Source of the DNA: a phage
Assembly (NCBI GenBank): GCA_025043315.1
Contig: GCA_025043315.1_4324.1
Direction: 5' to 3' (one strand)
DNA: 46,202 bases
Shown: in pieces, positions 25,525 to 34,442 of the stretch
How the letters are laid out: each line of letters begins with the position of its first letter
Position numbering within the stretch: the first letter of the stretch is position 1
Translations under genes and position numbers: made by a program
Notes under the pieces: generated by a model
Database searches by the model: none
Told to the model about the DNA's origin: nothing
The model's input: the letters and a program-made list of their open reading frames with translations, nothing else

Positions 25525-25850
25525 CTAAGCCCAGCTATAGCTCAATGTAACCGGCGTGTATATCGTGTATATCATTTATTGCTGATGGTGTATTGGTATA
25601 GCTGCCGCACAATACTGTATAAATCCACATGATATTAAAATTATAACCGGAACACTCTATAGAAGTAGTTACATGATATACACAGTAATATATATAATAA
25701 TAATAATAAGAGTAAAATGTTGATATATATAGATATTTTAATGTAACTAATGCGTAAATTGGCGTAACAGGGCGTATATCATTTTCCGCGGATGAGATTG
25801 TATACATCGAGTTACATCGGTTACGTGTAACTGTGATTTGTGGTGAATTT
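25515..25850. promoter_or_regulatory. regulatory region B, diverged homolog of region A, with short (TA)n/(AAT)n tracts
   Basis: shared blocks with 7205-7540; GTTACG boxes; AT-rich simple repeats at 25680-25730. Confidence 0.5.
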
Positions 25851-25859
25851 GGCGATAAA

Positions 25860-25902
25860 TAGCACTAATTGCTAAAGGAATCTGACTGTCTTTAGGTATA
25901 TT
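25860..25902 (+). promoter_or_regulatory. palindromic promoter module (TAGCACTAATTGCTA 25860-25874; TATATT 25897-25902)
   Basis: 22-bp spacer. Confidence 0.55.
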
Positions 25903-26004
25903 TATGCGCATGGCGGCAATGGTGTCGTCATACAACCTGAATTTCAGGCTTAACATCAAATCATGACCCAAATTTGGGTCATGAAAAACAGAAGAGAGAT
26001 TAAA

Positions 26005-26244
26005 ATGAACTTAGCCTTACTTAATGAAGATGTAAAAATGAATAGTTATGATTTTTTGAATAATGTTGTCAACCCAGCCAGAGAGGTGGCAGGAGAGTCA
26101 AAGCTGCGTCACAACTGGTTTCTTGAAAAAATTGTGGATGAGATTGGTGCTGAAAATTTGTGCTACCGAAAATCGGTAGCGCAAAATACGAGCAACCAAA
26201 TGGCAAGGAGTCAGAAAATTGATACTGTAGATTTAAACATGTAG
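26005..26244 (+). CDS. N-terminal part of a Rha-like regulatory protein, ends at in-frame TAG
   Basis: AREVAGESKLRHNWFLEKIVDEI resembles the Rha-domain core as I recall it; start chosen at third ATG with AGAGAGATTAAA leader. Confidence 0.4.
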   Translation: MNLALLNEDVKMNSYDFLNNVVNPAREVAGESKLRHNWFLEKIVDEIGAENLCYRKSVAQNTSNQMARSQKIDTVDLNM

Positions 26245-26247
26245 CAA

Positions 26248-26673
26248 ATGCTTCTTGTTGGAATGCGTGAGTCAAAGGCAGTTCGCCTAGCGGTTCTTGA
26301 TAAGCTTAAGCAGATGCAGGCCACCATTAAAAAACAAGCAGAAGTAATCAGCCAGATGGTAAGTATTGATGAACTAAAAGAGGCGAGAATGATGCTTGGT
26401 GTAGCTAATGCGCAGAATGCACATCTTAGCCAGCGCATTGTTGCAGAGCAAAGAATAAATGAGATCTTACTCATGGATAAGAATACCGATGAAAAGCTCG
26501 ACATGCTGGCTTGTGAGGCTCGCCAGTGCTGGGTTAGCCGCTCTGATGAGATGGAGGAAAGATTTAAGTATGAAGTGCAATGCTTCGCTCTTAAAGAAAA
26601 GACGGACGCACTGACCGGATTAATTGAGAATGAGCTAGGTATTGATATTAAGCTGTTGCTCGAAAAGAAATAG
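26248..26673 (+). CDS. C-terminal part of the same Rha-like reading frame (141 aa), in frame with 26005..26244 across TAG-CAA
   Basis: same frame as upstream ORF, separated only by TAG at 26242-26244 plus CAA. Confidence 0.45.
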   Translation: MLLVGMRESKAVRLAVLDKLKQMQATIKKQAEVISQMVSIDELKEARMMLGVANAQNAHLSQRIVAEQRINEILLMDKNTDEKLDMLACEARQCWVSRSDEMEERFKYEVQCFALKEKTDALTGLIENELGIDIKLLLEKK

Positions 26674-26713
26674 CACTAATTGCTAAACACTGGTCGCAAG
26701 GATGCGATACTAT
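26671..26713 (+). promoter_or_regulatory. palindromic promoter module (TAGCACTAATTGCTA 26671-26685; TACTAT 26708-26713)
   Basis: 22-bp spacer; leader TACTCCATCGAAACGAAACGAAC. Confidence 0.6.
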
Positions 26714-26753
26714 TACTCCATCGAAACGAAACGAACTTACTAAGGAACATAAA

Positions 26754-26999
26754 ATGACTAACTTAATCAAATCAGTAATCATCGCCGCAGCAGTAATCAT
26801 GGCAGTTGGTTGTTCTTCCGGTCCTCGCCCGGATGGTTGGTGTGCAACCCAAGCAAACGGCGTATGCGTGGCTAAGTGGGAAGGCGGTGTAGTTGTTCCG
26901 GCTGGTGAGCTTGATGTTCGCTACGCCGGAATTGAAAGCAAGGCCGGAGGCGGTTACGGTGGGTCAGTTGCAGATCATGGTTCTAAGGAGTGGAAATAA
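26754..26999 (+). CDS. small lipoprotein (candidate superinfection-exclusion protein)
   Basis: signal peptide plus lipobox MAVGC; 81 aa. Confidence 0.7.
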   Translation: MTNLIKSVIIAAAVIMAVGCSSGPRPDGWCATQANGVCVAKWEGGVVVPAGELDVRYAGIESKAGGGYGGSVADHGSKEWK

Positions 27000-27961
27000 T
27001 GCCACAGGGTATTTTAATCGACCTTAATGATGGAAGGCCAGCTATGGAGATTACTGCGGGGCTAAGAGCACCCGCCGTGACCGGCTCAATAAACACGAAT
27101 GGACTTTCAACCCCAGCAAGTTCGTGGGATTTTGGATTGACAATGTCTCCTGGCTCTACGGCTTTCTGCCTACCAACGAAAGCAGTCCACGTTGACACTT
27201 ACGATGTTATACCCGAAGTTTATTACATGAACGGGTTTCAAAAGGTAAATGACGGAACTGGCAGGATAACGCTTAGCAACTTCAATGGTGCCAATGGTCG
27301 AATAATTGACTTTGCGGGTAATTGTTTTGAAATTCTACCAGCATCATCTTCATCAAGCCCAGGGATACTCGTTGAGAACTCAACTGATTTCCTTGCTATA
27401 TCAAGCAACTCGAGACTAATGTCAGCAGCATGGGTTGGAGGCATACAGGTTAACGGGGCGGCATCGCTACCAGTTAGCGGCATACCATTCGGCAAGTGGG
27501 ATAATCCAAACGTATCACTTGAATCAGATGGATCAACAATATGGTGTAGGGATATAACCTACGGAGGTACAGATGATGTTGCGGCAAGTACTTATGTTCA
27601 GCTGGTGATATTCAGAAATGAACCCCCACCAGCCGGACCAGGACTAACAATGTCGAATAGTTCTGGTCAGATTGTTTTTTCCAGCGTTAGACGACCATTT
27701 GTTCTTGGTGGATTCATTCAGATCAACAATGGATACCAGTCAATAAATGGTGGATTCTTCCCGCTGCTCAGATGCGGCGCTACGACTAGAGTTACTGGAG
27801 GGTATAACAACTTAAGATACAAGGGGGTTTGCATGTCTGGTGGTAACGTTAGAGCAGTACCAGGTACTGTAATTGGTAACTACTCAACTCAGACTGGCGC
27901 TCAGTTCCCTTTCGACACAAATATATCAATGGCACTTCCATTTATTCCAAACTTCTACTAA
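26998..27961 (+). CDS. hypothetical protein, possibly fibre/receptor-binding-like, translationally coupled to the lipoprotein
   Basis: ATG overlaps lipoprotein stop (TAATG) with AAGGAG SD; Gly/Ser/Asn-rich 320 aa. Confidence 0.45.
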
Positions 27962-27992
27962 AAGAAAAGCCCCAATTAAGGGGCTTTATTTA
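27961..27992. terminator. bidirectional rho-independent terminator (AGCCCC-AATTAA-GGGGCT)
   Basis: hairpin 27968-27985 flanked by A- and T-runs between convergent genes. Confidence 0.7.
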
Positions 27993-30900
27993 TTACCACA
28001 CTCCAACTACCACTCTTCCTCCGTTCGGTAAGTTTACAGTGATTCCGTTATTGTTAATCTGGACCGTGTTATTAATTCCGTTAAATGCGAAGTTACCATT
28101 ATTGGCATACAGGTTACCCCTTACAGTGGCGTTATTAAATTCCGCACTTCCTGACTTGTCAATCGCCCATCCTTGAGAGCCAGCAACGTAGTTGTTAGAT
28201 TGAATCCTGTTACCAATCTTCGCGTTAGTAATTGAGCCATCGCCAATTACCGCGCTTTGGATGATTACGTTTCCGTTCTCTACAACGAAGGGGAGTTGCC
28301 ACTGACCGGAACCAGAACCAATGCCGTTACTGATTGCGAATCTGTTTGCGTCAAAAATGAACTGACTGCGAACGTTTCCACCAGTGCCAACTAGCTCCAT
28401 GCTCATGCCGGATGAATAAGTCTGACCATTGTATTTCAGGCCAAGGCTAATTCCGTACTGCACGCCAGTTGATGTGGCATTAGAGAATGCGTCTAACTTC
28501 TGGTTTAGAGCCGCCTCGTTTTCGCCAAGTCTTGCTGATAGAGCCGTGTCTGCAGTAGTTCTTGCTTCTGTCTCTGTGGCTAATGCAGTCTGAACTTCTG
28601 TAATCGACGATACAACTTCATCATCTATCTGTGCTTTAAGGGCTGTTAGAGCCTCTACGCGCGCCTGAGTTTCATCTGCTATGAGATTAACTGCCTGAAC
28701 ATATTCAGCCTTACGTTTGCCATTCTCCTTTGTCATTCTGCGAACATCGCCATCATTAGCCAATGCGTTCTCGATAATTGCCTCGGCTTGATTCTGAATG
28801 TCCTGGTTTTTCTCAATTGCATTCTGCTCGAGATATTTGAATCCTTCAGAACCCTCGATATCAACCTTGATGTAATCATTGATGATGTTGGCGTCGTCAG
28901 TACTCATGCCCCTAGCGAAATAAGACCAATCAGAGGTATTGCCAATTCTGTCAATCAATCTTGCACGATACCAAATGACCTTGCCTGGTTGAATCGGCGC
29001 GTGCCAGTATTCATAGGCTGGATAAGGCAGTAACGTCAGCAAACTTGCGTTATCAGGATTATAAGTACCGTCACCATTATCAGGAACCTGCTGAAGTTCA
29101 GTGTAAGCAGTATCACCAGATCCTTCAGGAAATCCCCATTTAACACGGATGCCAAATACTTCATCAGTTGATGCAGTGATAACTGTAGGCGCAGATGGGC
29201 GGCCAATCTTACCAGTTAGCGATACAGTTACAATGTCAGACCAGGCAGACACGTTTTCAGTATCTGATACGCTGCGAACCCTAACGTCATAGATTCCTGC
29301 GTAAATACCTTCGATATCAACCTCTGTGCTAGCTGTTCTGGGTACGTTAATCCAGTTGCCATTCTCTTTTCTCCACTGAACATTGTAGGTTTTTGCGTAT
29401 GGAGCTTTATCCCATCCGATAACCATCGTCTCAACTGATAAGCCTTGAACAACCTTACTGTAGCTTGACACTGTTAAATTCTCAGGCGGCGACAATCTGT
29501 CAGGCTCTACGATTGAAGTCGGACGATCAACAATGTTAACGCCGTAGTCAATCTCGTCATACTTGTTAGGGTCATACTCTACTGCGGTAATTGTATACTG
29601 GAATGAGTCCGAGCCGTCGGAATCCGCTTTTTGAATCCCGGTCACAACATACTGCTGAAGCGCCAGATTATCCTTATCGATTGCGAATACAGTATCAGGC
29701 TGAGCTACAAAGCTGAAAGCTGTGTTCAGGTTAATCGTCCTACCATCATCAGATACGCTTGCAATGGTTCTTGCCTCCGGACTTCCGTCAGGCTTGTTCA
29801 GAAGAATTCTGTCACCAGGCTCTGCGTCAACTTTAAACGGGGTAAAAACCTGCAATCCCTGAACTGATTCAATACGACCGGAAAGGTTTAACTGATAGTT
29901 GCTGGACCATGCCGCGTCATTGACCGCAATAACCTCACCAATCATCGGAATCATACCTTCCAACCCGGTAGTGAAGCTGATAGTTTCGCTTCTTAGGTTG
30001 GTTTTCAGGAGCCATCTTCCGCGTCTGTTTGCTTCACTTCTGCGAGTACATCCAATCGCAGTTAAATCTACAGGGTTAAATCCAAAACGACGAGTTGCCT
30101 CCAGCTCGAATACTGTCTCAACATCCTGCTGATAGTTGTTCTCCACATCATCAAACTGAACGTTTGCGGTAGTGTAAAGACTTTTATCACTGGCAAATGT
30201 GCGGCTGAATAATCCATTAACGACGTTATCATTCGTGAAGATGTAAGATGGATTACGAGGTTTGTCGACAACAATACCAATCTTTTCGCCATCGTAGAAA
30301 GTTAAGCCACGGAAGATTGAGCAGATATCACGAATTAGTGTGTAGGCCTCAACTTTATTCTGGACAACCATGTCGCATAGATATCGCGGCTCCATACCAC
30401 CCTTACCATCTGGAACCATCTGGTCACAGAATTGCGCGGCTTCATACAGGCCCCACTTATCAATCTCTACACCCAACTCTCGCTGATCAAGACCGTAGCG
30501 GCGGTTTGTCACTAAGTCATAAAGAACCCACGCAGGGTTATTTGACCATGCCATTTTAAATAGACCATTCCATGTGCCACTATAAGTTCTGCTTTCAGGG
30601 TCATAGTTTGTAGGAACCTGAATCAACTTCCATCGCTTCTTGATAGAGATTGTCGGGATACCGTTAGGAAAAAGGTCAGAGCCAAACTCAACGTAAACAA
30701 GAGCCGTAAGCGGATAGCGGAATTTAGCGTCGATTACTTCCTGATAGGTTGTAATCTGCATCCCGTTTACCAGCGTGCTACTTGTCGAATCTGGCGTAAT
30801 CTTACGGATACGAACCAGGGCGCTATCAAATTCAGCCGGAAGGTTTACACGAATGCTGCGGTCGTAACCTGTAGTTGTCTTCCCGTTAGCAACTCCTCGA

Positions 30901-31418
30901 GTATATTCCTGGTAAGCGCCACCATTAACAGAAATGTCTATCGCGTACTCGCATGTGGTTCCGTTCAGATCGCCATTACTTTCTTGCTTAACCAGCCTAG
31001 GCCAATATAGCTTTACACGAATCGCTGATAGCTGAGTATTGTTAACCGCAATGATGTACGGGGTATCGTTCGTGATTTCTCTGGAGGCCTGAATCTCTGA
31101 GTTAGCACCATCAAGCCCAGCGATATAGTCCTGATACTGCGTACCAGCACGGAACTCAGCGCGAACACCTTCATAGTTGTAGCTACCATCCTGATTTTGT
31201 ACCGGAACGTCAGCAAGGTATAAATCCTTCATTGAGAAGTTTGAATCTACCTCTCCGTCAGCGACAGCAAGCAACACCTTAACCTTGTTTAATGAAATAA
31301 GGTTGTCTTCTTGCTCCACTGGTTGATGCGGCTTCTGACTACCACCCTTAGCACCATAAATCTTAATATCTTCAGCCATATCACAAAGCCTCATGTTTGT
31401 TTTGATCATTTGTGCCAT
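27993..31418 (-). CDS. tail tip / central fibre protein, lambda J-like
   Basis: 1141 aa; segment GAKGGSQKPHQPVEQEDNL resembles the lambda J N-terminus as I recall it; follows I, K, L, M; true start may be ATG at 31379. Confidence 0.8.
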   Translation of the reverse strand: MAQMIKTNMRLCDMAEDIKIYGAKGGSQKPHQPVEQEDNLISLNKVKVLLAVADGEVDSNFSMKDLYLADVPVQNQDGSYNYEGVRAEFRAGTQYQDYIAGLDGANSEIQASREITNDTPYIIAVNNTQLSAIRVKLYWPRLVKQESNGDLNGTTCEYAIDISVNGGAYQEYTRGVANGKTTTGYDRSIRVNLPAEFDSALVRIRKITPDSTSSTLVNGMQITTYQEVIDAKFRYPLTALVYVEFGSDLFPNGIPTISIKKRWKLIQVPTNYDPESRTYSGTWNGLFKMAWSNNPAWVLYDLVTNRRYGLDQRELGVEIDKWGLYEAAQFCDQMVPDGKGGMEPRYLCDMVVQNKVEAYTLIRDICSIFRGLTFYDGEKIGIVVDKPRNPSYIFTNDNVVNGLFSRTFASDKSLYTTANVQFDDVENNYQQDVETVFELEATRRFGFNPVDLTAIGCTRRSEANRRGRWLLKTNLRSETISFTTGLEGMIPMIGEVIAVNDAAWSSNYQLNLSGRIESVQGLQVFTPFKVDAEPGDRILLNKPDGSPEARTIASVSDDGRTINLNTAFSFVAQPDTVFAIDKDNLALQQYVVTGIQKADSDGSDSFQYTITAVEYDPNKYDEIDYGVNIVDRPTSIVEPDRLSPPENLTVSSYSKVVQGLSVETMVIGWDKAPYAKTYNVQWRKENGNWINVPRTASTEVDIEGIYAGIYDVRVRSVSDTENVSAWSDIVTVSLTGKIGRPSAPTVITASTDEVFGIRVKWGFPEGSGDTAYTELQQVPDNGDGTYNPDNASLLTLLPYPAYEYWHAPIQPGKVIWYRARLIDRIGNTSDWSYFARGMSTDDANIINDYIKVDIEGSEGFKYLEQNAIEKNQDIQNQAEAIIENALANDGDVRRMTKENGKRKAEYVQAVNLIADETQARVEALTALKAQIDDEVVSSITEVQTALATETEARTTADTALSARLGENEAALNQKLDAFSNATSTGVQYGISLGLKYNGQTYSSGMSMELVGTGGNVRSQFIFDANRFAISNGIGSGSGQWQLPFVVENGNVIIQSAVIGDGSITNAKIGNRIQSNNYVAGSQGWAIDKSGSAEFNNATVRGNLYANNGNFAFNGINNTVQINNNGITVNLPNGGRVVVGVW

Positions 31419-31428
31419 TCTACACTAA

Positions 31429-31452
31429 ATAAAAAACCCGCACTAGGCGGGT
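31429..31452 (-). terminator. terminator-like hairpin between I and J (CCCGC-ACTAG-GCGGG plus T-run)
   Basis: stem 31437-31451 with A-run 31429-31436. Confidence 0.45.
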
Positions 31453-31459
31453 ATGATAT

Positions 31460-32032
31460 TTAAGCAATGTCTTCACTATATGAACCAGCCGAAAACACAG
31501 AGCCGCCAACCGTTCGATAACCATATGGAAGGCAAACCGGATAACCAGCGGCTACAGTGTTCACAGCCGAGCCGAATGCGTAAGAGGCGCGGTTGCTTGT
31601 TTTGTTGCTCTGGGTCTTTAATCCAGTCGCTTGCGGCGAGAGTAATTGAGCAATACCGCCAGCAGCCAGAGAAACACCAGCGCCAACAAGATAAATCTGC
31701 CCGGTAAAGATGCCAACCGTGATAAGAGCGGCGCCTAAAATAGTCTGAAAAAGCCCGCCAGACTTACGGCCTTGAGGGATTGGTAAGATGCGTATCTCCT
31801 GAACGGCACTAAAATCAGCTATTCGATGCTCGTTCACATTTTTACCATCCACAAAAATAGCATATCTGCTGTTTTGACCTACATGGCTATTCATGAACTC
31901 CTTGAACTCGGGGATCTGTGAGCAAAGTGCCCGCATAGCTTCAGGCACGCTATTCACTGCCATCTGGTGAATCTTTCCAAACCTGCGGCCTAGAGATAGG
32001 CCTAACTTAATATCAATCAGTTTCTGGGTCAT
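31460..32032 (-). CDS. tail assembly protein, lambda I-like
   Basis: 190 aa, hydrophobic Gly-rich C-terminal half; position between K and J. Confidence 0.7.
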   Translation of the reverse strand: MTQKLIDIKLGLSLGRRFGKIHQMAVNSVPEAMRALCSQIPEFKEFMNSHVGQNSRYAIFVDGKNVNEHRIADFSAVQEIRILPIPQGRKSGGLFQTILGAALITVGIFTGQIYLVGAGVSLAAGGIAQLLSPQATGLKTQSNKTSNRASYAFGSAVNTVAAGYPVCLPYGYRTVGGSVFSAGSYSEDIA

Positions 32033-32771
32033 AAATTACATCCTCAGGTAAATTCTTATGGCGAACGATCCGCACTGTACGCTCTCGCCAGTAATCGGAA
32101 TAGATATCAATGGAACTCATTTTACCATAAAGATGGTGAATGAATCTGTTGTTGCCAATGTATATTCCAGCGTGGTTTGTTACCTCACTCTGCACCTGCA
32201 TCATAATCATTGAGCCAACCGGGGTGTCTGAAGTTTTTACCAGCTCAAATCCTTCCTTAATCCAGTTGTCGTCATAGATATTTTCATTGTACCGTTTCTC
32301 CCACCACGGGTAATTAACTCGGTAGTCATTCAGTTTGACACCGTATTTCTTGTGGAATTCCATCACAAGCCCCCAGCAATCAAAGCTACCAAGCCCCCAC
32401 GGGCGACCAATCAGTGGCATAGATGATGGCTCAAGGATGCGCATATCTCCCTCCGGAATGCTGACGATAACATAAGGAATCTCGCACTCGTTGCAGCTGC
32501 AAATATCCGCTGGGCTAGGTCTTGTTGTTGCTCCGTCGCCTGTGTGAGAGTGAACTACATAAACAATTGACTCGTTATCAACCAGATTAAATGCAATGTC
32601 GGCATACTCATTCGAATCAAGGATGAACTCATTCTCAGGGTCTTTGCTGGCATTTGTGATTCTGTGATACTTCTGCGCCCGACCCTTTTGGGTGACAACG
32701 CCACAGCATTCGTGCGGGTAAACTTCCTTTGCGTGCTGGAAGATTTCCAGCTTAACTTTTGGTGTTAACAT
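32013..32771 (-). CDS. tail assembly protein, lambda K-like (JAB/MPN plus NlpC/P60-like)
   Basis: HECCGVV and HSH motifs; start moved to ATG 32769-32771 with GGAGGT SD (track TTG start runs through a T-tract). Confidence 0.75.
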   Translation of the reverse strand: MLTPKVKLEIFQHAKEVYPHECCGVVTQKGRAQKYHRITNASKDPENEFILDSNEYADIAFNLVDNESIVYVVHSHTGDGATTRPSPADICSCNECEIPYVIVSIPEGDMRILEPSSMPLIGRPWGLGSFDCWGLVMEFHKKYGVKLNDYRVNYPWWEKRYNENIYDDNWIKEGFELVKTSDTPVGSMIMMQVQSEVTNHAGIYIGNNRFIHHLYGKMSSIDIYSDYWRERTVRIVRHKNLPEDVIYDPETD

Positions 32772-32829
32772 TTTACCTCCAATAAAAAAGGCCAACCTTT
32801 CGATTGACCTAGTTTAACACTAATTTAGT
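32772..32829 (-). terminator. hairpin/T-tract/SD cassette, copy 2
   Basis: minus strand AAACTAG-GGTCAA..TTGGCC-TTTTTTATT-GGAGGTAAA-ATG. Confidence 0.5.
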
Positions 32830-33195
32830 TTATTCAAAATAAACCTCAAAATCTATAAATACTGAAGCACCATTGGATTTAAGCTCCTCAGCCTCAATCA
32901 GCTTTTCATCAAATAATGACTTAGTAACATCAATCCAATTCATTCTATATTTCATCTTTCCATCATGCGTATCACTTAAAAGATTGAATCCCACATCATT
33001 AAGTTCAACTCGTGAAAAGTTGTAATAACTATCATGGAGCATGCTGGTAAATTTTACAGTTTTACCATCATCATCCCTAACCTGATAGTAACGACCTGAG
33101 TCATCAACATCACAGGCGTAAGCTTCACCAACAGAAAATAAACCTTCGCATTCTTCTTTGTCTTTCTTGTATCCGTTAAATTTAATGTAGAACAT
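32830..33195 (-). CDS. hypothetical protein inserted between L and K (moron candidate)
   Basis: own promoter module upstream and hairpin cassette downstream; start at ATG 33193-33195 with GAGGAG SD. Confidence 0.5.
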   Translation of the reverse strand: MFYIKFNGYKKDKEECEGLFSVGEAYACDVDDSGRYYQVRDDDGKTVKFTSMLHDSYYNFSRVELNDVGFNLLSDTHDGKMKYRMNWIDVTKSLFDEKLIEAEELKSNGASVFIDFEVYFE

Positions 33196-33223
33196 TTTTA
33201 ACTCCTCTCGTTTGTGTAAAGTA

Positions 33224-33266
33224 ATCATACTCCATCCGTGGCGACTTCGTTTAGCAATTCGTGCTA
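33224..33266 (-). promoter_or_regulatory. palindromic promoter module (TAGCAATTCGTGCTA 33252-33266; TATGAT 33224-33229)
   Basis: about 55 bp near-identical to the copy at 3762-3804. Confidence 0.6.
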
Positions 33267-33267
33267 T

Positions 33268-34023
33268 TTAGTTCTGATTCGCTTTGGACTGAAGGCTAGC
33301 CGCAGCGCATCCACCAAATGAAAGCTGATTATTCTCTCCAAATCTAAGCTTGCAACTGTTAACAGTTCCTGCGCAGAAGTCTAATGATGGATCGCTTACC
33401 GGTTTATCATCCTTGTCAAAATAACGATTACCAGCATAATCACAGCCATTACCGCTACGATACCAGCCCCTAGAAGCCCAGTAGCAAACAGACTGAACAA
33501 GTCTCGCAGGAATATAGATACCATCCATATCCATAGGGCTACTTAGCTCGAATGACGCCGTCTTGTAATCAACCTGCTTCGGTCGCTCAATGAAGTAAAC
33601 AAATCTGCGATAGTCACCATCAGCAATGCTCCCGTCTTCATTGATGTTATCTCGCGTAGTAATCCAGATGGTAACCTTAGCTTTAACAAGTCCGTTGTAT
33701 GTGCGAATCAATGCGCTGATACGCTGGTCTACGTTTGATACTGTTAGCGTCACTTTGTTGGCTTTGCCGTCAGAGGTCATATTGATACCCGAGATACCGA
33801 AAGGTCTTGGTCCATACTCTTCTCCGCGAAATGTAATCGTCTTCTCTGGTAGTGGCTCGCCATTCATCTGGGCCAGCATAATCTCTTCTGGTGTGTATGA
33901 AATGTTCTCATTGTGGAAGTTGTAAACGAGACTTCCAAAGGAGGTTCCGTCAACCTGGATTAGTGTCACAATCTCGCCAGGGAAAAGGCTTTGCAGCTGA
34001 TTTTCAAACTTTGGACTTAACAT
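33268..34023 (-). CDS. minor tail protein, lambda L-like
   Basis: start moved to ATG 34021-34023 (track TTG 34035); position between M and K. Confidence 0.75.
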   Translation of the reverse strand: MLSPKFENQLQSLFPGEIVTLIQVDGTSFGSLVYNFHNENISYTPEEIMLAQMNGEPLPEKTITFRGEEYGPRPFGISGINMTSDGKANKVTLTVSNVDQRISALIRTYNGLVKAKVTIWITTRDNINEDGSIADGDYRRFVYFIERPKQVDYKTASFELSSPMDMDGIYIPARLVQSVCYWASRGWYRSGNGCDYAGNRYFDKDDKPVSDPSLDFCAGTVNSCKLRFGENNQLSFGGCAAASLQSKANQN

Positions 34024-34061
34024 GATTTTCTCCAATAAAAAAGCCCCTAATGGGGCCTAGT
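34024..34061 (-). terminator. hairpin/T-tract/SD cassette, copy 3
   Basis: minus strand AAACTAG-GCCCC-ATTA-GGGGC-TTTTTTATT-GGAGAAAATC-ATG. Confidence 0.5.
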
Positions 34062-34412
34062 TTAACGCATTGCGCTAAAGACTTCCACGAATTGCATGCT
34101 CACAGTCTGAACATCCTTACTGAGTGGTGTAACGCTAATGCTATCCTGCTGAATAACAAACATTGATGTATCACCCTGCGGAGTGGTCCAGAAGAATGGA
34201 GTGATGATGTGGTTGAAGCAGAAATTCATCACATCGCGCCAATCCTTGTTGGTGTAAGTCATCTGGTAGCTTCTGGTGTTGCTCCTGTATCCACCCGCAC
34301 CCCTTTGGGTGTAACCATTGCCGAAGCTAACAATTCTAGCATTGTTTGTGTTAGAAAATGCAGCCCCTCCGTTTTGGATTTGCGTGCACCAATTAAAAGT
34401 ATCAATAGCCAT
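34062..34412 (-). CDS. minor tail protein, lambda M-like
   Basis: 116 aa ORF immediately downstream of tape measure. Confidence 0.7.
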   Translation of the reverse strand: MAIDTFNWCTQIQNGGAAFSNTNNARIVSFGNGYTQRGAGGYRSNTRSYQMTYTNKDWRDVMNFCFNHIITPFFWTTPQGDTSMFVIQQDSISVTPLSKDVQTVSMQFVEVFSAMR

Positions 34413-34442
34413 AAAAATCCTTAGGGGCCGAAGCCCCGTTAA

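Noticed and set aside
25535-25971. Track ORFs 25535..25807 and 25747..25971 (minus), Tyr/Ile-rich
   Set aside because: They lie in the AT-rich repeat-containing regulatory region B, have low-complexity composition and no SD.
32013-34035. Track start codons for the K-like (32795) and L-like (34035) genes
   Set aside because: Both are TTG starts that read through the terminator T-tract and SD; in-frame ATGs at 32771 and 34023 with proper SD spacing are more plausible.
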